DNA of 40,325 nt from Deferrisomatales bacterium (GTDB lineage Bacteria; Desulfobacterota; Deferrisomatia; Deferrisomatales; JACRMM01), in contig JAWSUI010000008.1 of assembly GCA_033551855.1 (NCBI GenBank), forward strand, positions 51,064 through 91,388, written 5' to 3'. The notes beneath the pieces are model-generated. The model had not been told where the DNA came from. It worked only from the letters and a program-made list of their open reading frames with translations, and searched no databases. Positions 27,398 to 36,700 of this stretch are shown here, piece by piece. Within the stretch, counting starts at the first letter, position 1; each line of letters starts with the position of its first letter. The translations under genes and the position numbers were made by a program.

Positions 27398-28738
27398 ATG
27401 GGAGACCGCAGCGCGCCGGCAGGGGACCGGAGATCCGTCGAGCACCCGCTGTTGCGGTGGCTGGCCCTGGCGGCTACGGGGCTCCTCGCCGCCGGAGCCG
27501 TGGGGTGCAGCGGGAAGCCCAGCGCCCCGGACGAGGCGACCTCTGTGCGCCTGGTGACCTGGCGGCCCAACCAGCCCGAGGTATGGGACGAGGTGTTCGC
27601 CCGCTTCGAGGCCGAGAACCCGGACCTCAAGGTCGTTCGCGAGATCGGCCCCCACTCCTCTACGGCCTTCCACGCCCTTCTCACCCAGAAGCTCAAGAAC
27701 CAGAGCGCGGACGTGGACGTCTTCCTCATGGACGTCATCTGGCCGCCGGAGTTCGGCTCCGCCGGCTGGGCCCTGGCCCTGGACGAGCGGTTCTCCCCCG
27801 AGGAGCGCGAGGCGTTCCTCCCCGGGGCGATCCTCGCGAATACGTACGAGGCCCGCGTGTACGGTGTGCCGCTCTTTCTGGCGAGCGGCATGCTCTACTA
27901 TCGGAAGGACCTCCTCGCGCAGCACGGGTTCGAGCCCCCGGAGACCTGGGCGGAGATGGTCGAGCAGGCGGCGGTCATCGTGGCCCGGGCTACCGAAGCC
28001 GGGGAGGAGCTCCACGGCTTCTCGGGGCAGTTCAAGCAGTACGAGGGTCTGGTCTGCGACATGCTGGAGTTCATCTTGAGCCGGGGCGGGCACGCGGTGG
28101 ACCCGCGCACGGGGCGAAGCGCCCTCGCGGAGGAGCCCGCCCTGGAGGCCGTGCGGTTCGTCCGGGACCGGATCATCGGGGGATCCGCCCCCCGGGGAGT
28201 GCTCACCTACGCCGAGCCCGAGTCCCTGGACCTCTTCGTCCAGGGCAAGGCGGTCTTCCACCGCAACTGGCCCTACGCGTGGGAGGTGGCCAACGACCCG
28301 GAGAAGTCCCGGGTGGCGGGGCGGGTGGGACTCTCCGTGCTCCCCCGGTTTCCCGAGGGGGAGAGCACGGCGATCCTGGGCGGATGGCAGGTGGGGGTGA
28401 GCCCCTTCTCCCGGAACCCCGACGCCGCCTGGCGCCTGGTCTCGTATCTCACGGGCTTCGAGACGCAGAAGCTCCTCGCGATCCGTGCGGGGCTCGCGCC
28501 CACCCGGCGGGCCGTGTACGAGGATCCGGAGGTGCTGGCCGCCCAACCCCACCTGGGCGCCATGGCGGAGGTCTTCGCCACGGCCCACCCGAGGCCCCGC
28601 ACTCCCCTGTACCCGGCGGTCTCCAACGTGCTCCAGCGCTACTTCAGCACGGCCATCGCCGACCGGTCTTCCGACCTGGAGCGCCTGGCGCGGGAGGCCT
28701 CCGCGGAGGTGGACCGCTTGTTGGACCTGGCCCGCTGA
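27398..28738 (+). CDS. Trehalose/maltose-type (TMBP-like) ABC substrate-binding lipoprotein
   Basis: GAGGAGG RBS, lipobox AVGC, 'MDVIWPPEF', 'LYYRKDLL', 'KQYEGLVCD', 'RNWPYAW', 'LGGWQVG'. Confidence 0.88.
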   Translation: MGDRSAPAGDRRSVEHPLLRWLALAATGLLAAGAVGCSGKPSAPDEATSVRLVTWRPNQPEVWDEVFARFEAENPDLKVVREIGPHSSTAFHALLTQKLKNQSADVDVFLMDVIWPPEFGSAGWALALDERFSPEEREAFLPGAILANTYEARVYGVPLFLASGMLYYRKDLLAQHGFEPPETWAEMVEQAAVIVARATEAGEELHGFSGQFKQYEGLVCDMLEFILSRGGHAVDPRTGRSALAEEPALEAVRFVRDRIIGGSAPRGVLTYAEPESLDLFVQGKAVFHRNWPYAWEVANDPEKSRVAGRVGLSVLPRFPEGESTAILGGWQVGVSPFSRNPDAAWRLVSYLTGFETQKLLAIRAGLAPTRRAVYEDPEVLAAQPHLGAMAEVFATAHPRPRTPLYPAVSNVLQRYFSTAIADRSSDLERLAREASAEVDRLLDLAR

Positions 28739-28748
28739 GGCGGGGGTC

Positions 28749-29657
28749 GTGAAGCTCCGGTTCCGCACGCCGGAGGGCAGAGAGCGGGCCTTCGCCGCGT
28801 GTCTGCTCGCCCCGTGCTTCCTGTTCGTGGCGGTCTTCGCCTTCTACCCCATCGTCTACTCCTTCTACCTGAGTCTCCACCGGATCGTCCTGGGCCTGCC
28901 CCACCTGGGGGAGGCGTTCGTGGGGTTCCAGAACTACCGGGACCTCGCCGCCGACGGGGTGGCCCTGCGCTCGCTTCGCAACACCCTGGTCTTCGTCTTC
29001 TCCAGCACCGCGCTGGAGCTCCTCCTGGGGCTGGGGATCGCCCTGGTGATCAACCGCCGCTTCCCGGGTCGGGGGGCGGTGCGGGCGGCGGTCCTGGTGC
29101 CCTGGGCGATTCCGACCGTGGTCTCCTCCCAGCTCTGGCGGTTTCTCTGCCACGACCAGTACGGGCTGGTGAACTTCGCCCTCTTCGGCACCCAGACGGC
29201 CCGCTACCACGCCTGGCTCGCCGAGCCCGTGTACGCCTTCGCCGCGATCGTGGCGGCGGACGTGTGGAAGACCTCGTCCTTTGCGGCCCTCCTGATCCTG
29301 GCCGGTCTCCAGACCATTCCCGACCACCTCTACGAAGCGGCCCGAATCGACGGGGCCGGCCCGTGGACCCGGTTCCGCCGCATCACCTTGCCCCTGATCC
29401 GGCCGGCCCTGCTCGTCGCCCTCCTGTTTCGTACCATGGACGCCTTCCGGGTCTTCGACCTGGTCTTCGTGATGACCCAGGGAGGGCCCGCCGACTCCAC
29501 CAACGTCCTCCAGTTCTACGGGTACAAGAAGATGTTCGCCGAGGGGCTTCTGGGGTACGGGTCGGCGGTCTCGGTGCTGGTCTTCCTGGTCACCCTGGGC
29601 GTCTCGGTGGCCTATCTCGCCGCCGTGGGCCGGCGAGGGGCGGGGGGGCACGCGTGA
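28749..29657 (+). CDS. Carbohydrate ABC permease (MalF/SugA-like)
   Basis: 'FVGFQNY', 'VPWAIPTVV', 'LYEAARIDGA', 'TQGGPADST'. Confidence 0.92.
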   Translation: MKLRFRTPEGRERAFAACLLAPCFLFVAVFAFYPIVYSFYLSLHRIVLGLPHLGEAFVGFQNYRDLAADGVALRSLRNTLVFVFSSTALELLLGLGIALVINRRFPGRGAVRAAVLVPWAIPTVVSSQLWRFLCHDQYGLVNFALFGTQTARYHAWLAEPVYAFAAIVAADVWKTSSFAALLILAGLQTIPDHLYEAARIDGAGPWTRFRRITLPLIRPALLVALLFRTMDAFRVFDLVFVMTQGGPADSTNVLQFYGYKKMFAEGLLGYGSAVSVLVFLVTLGVSVAYLAAVGRRGAGGHA

Positions 29658-30481
29658 GGCGCACCCTGGGCCCGGCCGCGCTCTTCGGGGGGATCACCGC
29701 CCTGGTGGTGGTGGCCAGCCTGGGACCCTTCCTGTGGTTCGTGGGCACCTCTCTGAAGACGCCCCTGGAAGTGACCGCCATCCCCCCGGTGGTGTGGCCG
29801 AGCGGGTCGCTGGCGTTCTACCGCTCGGCCGTGGAGCGCTACGACCTCCTGGGGTACGTCGCCAACAGCGCCGTGGTGGCGGGCACCACCACGGCGGTGA
29901 CGGTCTTCCTGTCGGTCCTGGCCGGCTACCCCCTGGCCCGCCTCCGCGTGCCCCGCAAGGAGTGGCTCCTGGGGAGCCTGCTGCTGGTCTCCATGTTCCC
30001 CCAGATCTCCATCGCCGGCCCCGTCTGGCGCATCCTGCACGGGGTGGGGTGGCTCAACACGTATCAGGGCGTCATCCTCCCCTACGTCACGCTCACCCTG
30101 CCCCTGGGGGTCTGGATCCTCGCGAGCTTTTTCCGGGAGCTTCCCCGGGACCTGGAGGACGCGGCCCGGGTGGACGGTTGGGGGCACCTCCAGACCCTCT
30201 TCCGGGTCGTCGTTCCCCTCGCTGCCCCGGGGGTCTTCACCGCCTCGATCCTGGTCTTCATCTATGCCTGGAACGAGTTCTTCTTCGCCCTCCTGATCCT
30301 GACAGACCAGAGCCTCCAAACCCTGCCGGTGGGGATCGCCCTCTTTCAGGGGGAGTACACCATTCCCTGGGGGGAAATTGCCGCCGCATCCACGGTGGCG
30401 ACCGTGCCCCTGGTTCTCCTCGTGCTTCTCTTCCAGCGGCGGATCGTCCGGGGGCTCTCGGCGGGCGCCGTAAAGGAGTGA
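29654..30481 (+). CDS. Carbohydrate ABC permease (MalG/SugB-like)
   Basis: 'SMFPQISI', 'LPRDLEDAARVDG', 'AWNEFFFA', 'GLSAGAVKE'. GTGA overlap. Confidence 0.92.
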   Translation: MRRTLGPAALFGGITALVVVASLGPFLWFVGTSLKTPLEVTAIPPVVWPSGSLAFYRSAVERYDLLGYVANSAVVAGTTTAVTVFLSVLAGYPLARLRVPRKEWLLGSLLLVSMFPQISIAGPVWRILHGVGWLNTYQGVILPYVTLTLPLGVWILASFFRELPRDLEDAARVDGWGHLQTLFRVVVPLAAPGVFTASILVFIYAWNEFFFALLILTDQSLQTLPVGIALFQGEYTIPWGEIAAASTVATVPLVLLVLLFQRRIVRGLSAGAVKE

Positions 30482-30483
30482 CC

Positions 30484-31593
30484 GTGTCGGGAGTTCGCAT
30501 CCGCAACCTGCGAAAATCCTTCGGTGCCGTGGAGGTGCTCGGCGGGGTGGACGTCGATGTCCGGGAGGGGGAGTTCTGCATCCTCCTGGGACCCTCGGGG
30601 TGCGGGAAGACCACGCTCCTGCGGATCGTGGCCGGCCTGGAGGGGCACGACGGCGGGGAGGTGTGGATCGGCGACCGGGAGGTGAGCCTCCTCACCCCGG
30701 CGGAGCGCGATGTGGCCATGGTGTTTCAGAGCTACGCCCTCTACCCCCACATGACCGTCTACGAGAACCTCGCCTTCCCCCTCAAGGCGAGACGAGCCCC
30801 GAAAGCCGAGATCCGGGAGAAGGTCGAGGAGGCAGCACGCCTCCTGGAGCTCCAGGACCTCCTGGGGCGAAGGCCCCGGGAGCTCTCGGGGGGACAGCGG
30901 CAGCGGGTGGCCATCGGCCGGGCCATCGTCCGGACCCCCGCGGTCTTTCTCTTCGACGAGCCGCTCTCGAACCTGGACGCCAAGCTGCGCAGCGCCATGC
31001 GGGTGGAGCTCGCAAAGCTCCACCGCCGGCTCGGGGCTACCATGGTCTACGTGACCCACGACCAGGTGGAGGCCATGACCCTGGGGCAGAGGATCGTCCT
31101 CCTCCACGAGGGGACGGTGCAGCAGGTGGGTGCGCCCCGGGACCTCTACGAACGCCCCGCCAACCTCTTCGTCGCCACCTTCGTGGGCACACCGGCCATG
31201 AACGTCCTGGGGGGGGTGCTGCGCTCCGGTGCCGGGGGTCTCGTCTTCGAGGCGCCGGGGGTGCGGCTCTCCCTCGGACAGCGGGAGGACCTGGCGGCGC
31301 ACGCCGGGGAGGCGGTGCACCTGGGTGTTCGGCCCGAAGCCCTCGTCCCGGTTGCCGGGGGAGGGGAGGGCGAGGTGGAAGGGCGGCTGGAGCTCGTCGA
31401 GTCCCTCGGCGCCGAGTGCCTGCTGCACGTGGCCGTGGGCGACGTCCGGGTGGTGGCCAGGGCGGGGCCGGACTGGACGGGGGAGAGGGACGCCCCGGTG
31501 GCCCTGTCGGTGCGGGGGCCGGGCGTGCATGTGTTTCACGACGGACGCAGGATCGGCGGGGGCGGCGCCCCCGCCGCCCCGCCCACGCCGTAG
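30484..31593 (+). CDS. Carbohydrate ABC ATP-binding protein (MalK/UgpC-like)
   Basis: Walker A GPSGCGKT, 'FQSYALYPHM', LSGGQRQR, 'DEPLSNLDAKLR', 'VTHDQVEAM'. GTG start at 30484 (or 30478). Confidence 0.95.
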   Translation: MSGVRIRNLRKSFGAVEVLGGVDVDVREGEFCILLGPSGCGKTTLLRIVAGLEGHDGGEVWIGDREVSLLTPAERDVAMVFQSYALYPHMTVYENLAFPLKARRAPKAEIREKVEEAARLLELQDLLGRRPRELSGGQRQRVAIGRAIVRTPAVFLFDEPLSNLDAKLRSAMRVELAKLHRRLGATMVYVTHDQVEAMTLGQRIVLLHEGTVQQVGAPRDLYERPANLFVATFVGTPAMNVLGGVLRSGAGGLVFEAPGVRLSLGQREDLAAHAGEAVHLGVRPEALVPVAGGGEGEVEGRLELVESLGAECLLHVAVGDVRVVARAGPDWTGERDAPVALSVRGPGVHVFHDGRRIGGGGAPAAPPTP

Positions 31594-31727
31594 GGGCGAC
31601 GCATGCGTCGCCCCTGCCTGGGGTGCATCGCCCATGCCGATGACGCAAGGGCGACGCATGCGTCGCCCCTACCCGTGGCGCATCACCCATGCCGATGGCG
31701 CAAGGGCGACGCGTGCGTCGCCCCTAC
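31590..31727. repeat. Cluster of three GTAG-family REP palindromes (BIME-like)
   Basis: gtaggggcgacgcatgcgtcgcccct (31590) plus two inverted copies agggcgacgc(a/g)tgcgtcgcccctac (31648, 31703), separated by near-identical linkers gcatc(g/a)cccatgccgatg(a/g)cgca. Confidence 0.88.
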
Positions 31728-31792
31728 CGACGACGCGCCGGGCCTTGACCTGGGACAGGGTTTTGGCCGGTCCGTCGGCGTAGAATCCCGCC

Positions 31793-33349
31793 ATGTCCCG
31801 ACGCGCCCCCTCCGCCCTCCTGCGCCGCTCCCGCGCCCTCCACCGCTGGCTGGGGCTCCTGGGCCTGCTCTACTTCGCCGCCATGGCGGTCTCCGGGGTG
31901 CTTCTCAACCACGCGGGACTCCTCGCCGGGCTGGACCTCCCACGGGCGTGGCTCCCGGGGGACTACGCCTACCGCGATTGGAACCGCAACAGCTTGCGGG
32001 GCACGGTGCCGGGGCCGGGGGGGGTGCTCCACCTCTACGGCGAGGCGGGGGTTTGGCGGTGGGAGCCCGGCGCGGCCGAGCCCGTGCCGGACGCCGAGGG
32101 GTTCGAGCGCTCGGTGTACTACCGCGACACCCGGGCGGTCCTCCGGGTAGACGGCTCCCAGCCCTACCTTCTGGCAGGCACGCGGGGAGGGCTGTGGGGA
32201 AGGCCAGCGGCCGGTGGGCCCTGGCGGCCCGTGCCGCTGGCCCCGGGGAACGGCCGCGAGACCGTGGTGGACCTCCTGGAAGCGGACGGCGCCCTGCTCG
32301 CGGTCACTCGGGACCGGGTGTACCGGGGGGACACCGCGTGGCCCCCCGCGTTCGTTGACGCGACCCCGGCCCGGGCAGCGGACCCCGAGCGGCGGCTGCC
32401 TCTCTTCCGGCTCATCTTCGAGCTGCACAGCGGCGGAGTCTGGGGCCTTCCGGGCCGCCTGGGGATGGACGCCCTGGGGGTGCTACTCGCCTTTCTCTGC
32501 CTGACGGGGGCCTGGTTCTGGTGGCGCAAACGCCGCCGCACCCTGGCCCGGGGGGTCGGGGGGCGCTGGGCCCGGAAGGGCCTCGGCTGGCACCTGCGCC
32601 TGGGCCTGTGGGTGTCGCCCCTGCTCCTCCTCGTCGCCGCGACCGGGTTCTTCCAGCGCCCCCCGTTCCTCATCGCCGTCGCCTTTACCGAGTACCCGGA
32701 GCGGTTCCACCCGGCACCCTCCGACCCCAACCCCTGGCACGACCTCCTGCGCAAGGCCGCCTACGACCCGGTGCGCCGGACCTTGCTCCTCGCGACCGCC
32801 GACGGGTTCTACTCCGGCCCCGCGGACGGCTCCCGCCCGTTCGAGCGGGCGTGGGGCGGCCCGCCCGTGAGCGTCATGGGCGCCACGGTGCTCCGCCGGG
32901 CTCCGGACGGCCTCTTGTGGGTGGGGTCCATGAGCGGGCTCTACGTGTGGGACCGGGCCTCGGGGTGGGTGACCGACGCGTTCACCGGCCGCCCGCCGCG
33001 CCCCGGCCAGGGCGGCCCGGTGGGGCAGCAGCAGGTGGTCGGGTGGGTGGGGGTGCCGGACGGCCGGGTGCTGGTGGCGGACTACGGCCTGGGGCTCGTG
33101 GACGGAGAGGGGCAGCCGCAAGCCGCCGCCCGGGTCCTCCCCATGCCCCGGGAGCTCCGGGAAGGGGGGCGCATCTCCCTCTGGCACGCCCTCTTCGAGC
33201 TCCACAATGGCCGGCTCTTCAGCTTCCTCCTGGGGTGGTGGACGTGGGTCGTGGTCCCCGTGGGAGGCCTCGCCCTCGTGACCCAGGTCGCCACCGGGGT
33301 CCTCGACCGCTGGGTCCCGAGGCGGCGCTCCCGCCGGCAGGCCGCCTGA
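31793..33349 (+). CDS. PepSY-associated TM helix domain membrane protein
   Basis: 'LHRWLGL..SGVLLNH', 'ELHSG', 'WHLRLG', 'ELHNGR': His-containing TM motifs in two repeats with periplasmic beta-rich inserts. Confidence 0.8.
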   Translation: MSRRAPSALLRRSRALHRWLGLLGLLYFAAMAVSGVLLNHAGLLAGLDLPRAWLPGDYAYRDWNRNSLRGTVPGPGGVLHLYGEAGVWRWEPGAAEPVPDAEGFERSVYYRDTRAVLRVDGSQPYLLAGTRGGLWGRPAAGGPWRPVPLAPGNGRETVVDLLEADGALLAVTRDRVYRGDTAWPPAFVDATPARAADPERRLPLFRLIFELHSGGVWGLPGRLGMDALGVLLAFLCLTGAWFWWRKRRRTLARGVGGRWARKGLGWHLRLGLWVSPLLLLVAATGFFQRPPFLIAVAFTEYPERFHPAPSDPNPWHDLLRKAAYDPVRRTLLLATADGFYSGPADGSRPFERAWGGPPVSVMGATVLRRAPDGLLWVGSMSGLYVWDRASGWVTDAFTGRPPRPGQGGPVGQQQVVGWVGVPDGRVLVADYGLGLVDGEGQPQAAARVLPMPRELREGGRISLWHALFELHNGRLFSFLLGWWTWVVVPVGGLALVTQVATGVLDRWVPRRRSRRQAA

Positions 33350-33382
33350 CCGGAGGGATCCCCGCACGCCGTTCCCCGTTCG

Positions 33383-33421
33383 GGGCTCCCGGACTCCGCT
33401 TGCCGACCAGCCGGTGGATTC
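33383..33421. repeat. Partial (one arm) inverted copy of the ~190-bp hairpin element
   Basis: gggctcccggactccgcttgccgaccagccggtggattc is the reverse complement of the element's left arm. Confidence 0.75.
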
Positions 33422-33437
33422 AGGCCGCCTCACCGCG

Positions 33438-33469
33438 TTGCGAGCCCGCGGCGCCGCGTGCTATAAGCT
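33438..33469 (+). promoter_or_regulatory. Putative promoter for the polysaccharide export operon
   Basis: TTGCGA-N18-TATAAG with TGn extended -10. Confidence 0.4.
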
Positions 33470-33717
33470 TTTCTCGCGGCCGTGCGGCTCCCCGAGAACC
33501 CCTACCCACCCGGATCGCGCATGTACACCGGACGCACCCCCGTCCTCGCCCGCGCCCTCGCGGCTGCCCTGGGCCTGGCCGCGGAGCCGGCCCGGGCCGT
33601 GCTCCACATCCCGCCCTCGGACCAGCGGGCCCTATGCCGGCCTGACCCTGCAAACCGCCCTGTGGTCCGTGCGCACGGCGCAGGCTCGCCCTTCGCCCTT
33701 GTGACCGAGGCCATCCC

Positions 33718-36700
33718 ATGACCCGACGCCCGAGAACGATCCTCGCCGCCCTGCTCCTGTTGGCCGCGCCCGCCCTGGCGCCCGGGCAGACGCGGACGGA
33801 CGGGAGCACTCAGCGACTCGGGACGGGGACGCAGGGACTCCCGATCCCGCCCGGGATGGACGTGAACAAGCTCTTGGAGGAGTACACCCGATCGCGAGCC
33901 CGGCCGCAGGAAGGCGTCACGCCCTTCCCGCCCCGGGACGTGGAGGCCGAGGAGGTGCGCGTCCCCCCCCCGGACCGGGAGGCCCTCACCGCCCGCGGAC
34001 TGTTCGAGAAAGCTGCCAAGACCCTGCTCCAGGACGGCCGCCTCGACGAGGAGAAGCGGCGGTTCCTGCTCGGGAAGGCCTCGGAGCTGGGGATGGACCG
34101 GCGGGAGGCCATGGACCTGGCGGAGAAGATCGCCGAAGAGCGCCGGAAGATCGCGGACTTCTTTCTGGCCCAGGTCAAGGCGCGGGAGGGCAAGCTCACC
34201 GCCGAGGACAAACGGTATCTGGAGCAACAGGGCCGGGACCTGGGGCTGGACCCCTGGGAGACCGGGGACATGATCGGCCTGGCCCTGGAGCGGTATCGGA
34301 AGCGGGAGGTCTACCGGTCCATCGTCAAGGAGTTCCTCGACGACGGCATCCTGATCGCGTCCGAGGAGCAGCACCTGGAGGAGAAGAGAAAGGAGCTGGG
34401 CCTCACCCGGGAGGAGCACCGGGAGATCCTGGACGCCGAGAGGGAAAAGCGCCTGGAGCGGGCCCGGGACGTGTTCTCCGACATCCGAGAGGAGGGCCGC
34501 GCTCGGGCCCTCCCGGAACGGGAGCTCGACCTGTACGGGAGGAACCTCTTCCGATCCTCCGGTCCTGGGGCCTTCCGGCCCGTCACCGGGCTGGCCCCCC
34601 CGGACAACTACCGGGTGGGGCCGGGTGACACCTTCGAGGTCTTCCTGTGGGGGCGGCTGGAGGCCAGTTACTACCTCCCGGTCGACTCCGAGGGCAGGGT
34701 GCAGTTCCCCCAGGTGGGCTCGGTGAAGGTCGGGGGCCTCACCTACGCCGAGGCCAAGGGGATACTGAAGCAGAGAGCCGAGGCGATCACGGGGGTCAAC
34801 GCCGCGGTCACCATGGCCGAGACGCGCTCCGTGCAGGTCTTCGTGGTCGGGGAGGTCGAGCGGCCCGGGGCGATGATCCTGACCCCCTTGTCCACCGTGG
34901 TCCACGCCCTCATGGCCGCCGGCGGACCCACCCCCATCGGGTCCCTGCGGGGGGTCGCCCTGCGCAGGGGGGGGAGCCCGGCCGCGTCCCTGGACCTCTA
35001 CGACTTCCTCCGGGAGGGGCAGACCCGGGGCGACCGCCCCCTCGAGAACGGGGACGTGATCGTTGTGCCCAGGGCCCAGCGCCTCGTGCACCTCCACGGC
35101 CAGGTGAAGAGCCCGGCCGTCTACGAGCTGCGCGAGGGGGAGGGCCTGCGGGTCCTCCTGGAGTACGCGGGGGGGTTGGCGGCCGAAGCCAACGCCGGCC
35201 GCGTCCAGGTGGAGCGGGCGGTCCGAAACGAGCAGCGCGTCGTGCTGGACGTGGCCCTGGGGGAGCTCCCCGGGGACGTGCCGCTCCAGGACGGCGACCG
35301 GGTGCGGGTGTTCCCGCTGGCACCGGAGATCCGCAACGAGGTGGGGCTCTTCGGCCACGTCCACCGCCCGGGAACGTACGCCCACGAAGAGGGGATGCGG
35401 GTCGCCGATCTCATCCGCGGGACCGAGGCGCTCAAGCCCGAGGTGGATCTCTCCTATGCGGCGGTGCTCCGGGAAGACCCGGAGAGCCGGGAGAGGGTGG
35501 TCATCCCTTTCCACCTCGGGGGCGCTCTCCGCAACGACCCGGGGCAGAACCTGCCTCTCCGGCCCAGGGACGAAGTATATGTGTTCCAGTCCTCCCGGTT
35601 CCGCCCGCCCCTGCGCGCCCAGGCCAGCGGCGAGGTTCGAAAGCCCGGGTTGTACCGCATCGAGAAAGGGGCCCGGGTGTCCGACCTCGTGCGGCTTGCG
35701 GGAGGGCTCACGCCGGAAGCCTTCCTGCCCCGGGCCGAGGTGCTGCGCTACCACCCGGACCGCAGCCGCAAGACCCTGTACGTGGACCTCGGCAGGGCCA
35801 TGGAGGCAGACCCGCACCACGACCTGGAGCTCGCCGACGAGGACCAGCTGGTGGTGCATCCGGCGTGGGCCCAGCGCCCGCGGGAGATCGTCCTCATCGA
35901 GGGCGAGGTCCAGGGGGCCCGTGCGGAGGTTCTGCGGCGGGGCAGGACGGTGCGCCAACGCCTGGCGGATCTCCTGGGCGCCGGGGCGCCGGCAGGGGGG
36001 GCCGCGGGCGAGACCGCGGGCGCCTCCGAAGAGGACCCGGGATCGGGGGATGTCCTGGAGGGGGTGACCCGCACCCAGGTGGCGAGTGAGCAGGGGCCGG
36101 TGGCGGTGGAGGTTCCCCTCACCCGGGGGATGACCGTCCGAGACCTGGTGTTCAAGGCCGGAGGTCTCACCAAGGATGCCTACCTGCCGGTGGCGACCCT
36201 TTACCGGACCGATCCGTTTTCCAAAGAGACCATCATCCGAACCTTCGATCTCGGAAGGGCGCTGGAGGGCGACCCCGCGGAAGACACGGTGCTCCAGGAC
36301 CTGGACCACGTCGTGGTCCACTCGGCGTATGAATTCGCGCCGGTGCGCAGGGTCCACGTCTCGGGGATGGTCAGCCGGCCGGGACCGTACCCGTACGCGG
36401 GGAACATGAGGGTTCGCGACCTGATCCTGGCCTCGGGCGGCCTCACCGAGGAGGCCTATCAGGAGGAGGCCGAGGTCGTCCGTGCGGAGGTGGTGGACGG
36501 CGAAGTGGTGCAGACGCGCACCATCCCGTTCTCGCTGGTGCGGGCCATGGCCGGCGACGAGGATGCCAACCTGCCCCTCGAACCCCGGGACCGGGTGTTC
36601 GTAAAGACCATCCCGGATTGGCGGGAGACCCGGCAGGTCGTCCTCGCGGGAGAGGTGCTGTTCCCGGGCGTCTACCACGTCGCGAAGGGAGAATCCCTGT

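Noticed and set aside
31590..31727. Possible mini CRISPR array (three palindromic repeats)
   Set aside because: Repeats are in mixed orientation, the two spacers are near-identical rather than unique, the GTAG end is typical of REPs, and no cas genes are present.
33521..33721. 66-aa ORF overlapping the wza start (ATGA)
   Set aside because: No SD or recognisable motif, so it cannot be distinguished from a 5' leader. Not called.
33502..36678. 1058-aa antisense ORF, and similar long overlapping ORFs (19465-22074, 10461-12356, 3569-5134)
   Set aside because: Shadow ORFs expected in very GC-rich DNA, opposite well-supported genes, with no recognisable motifs.
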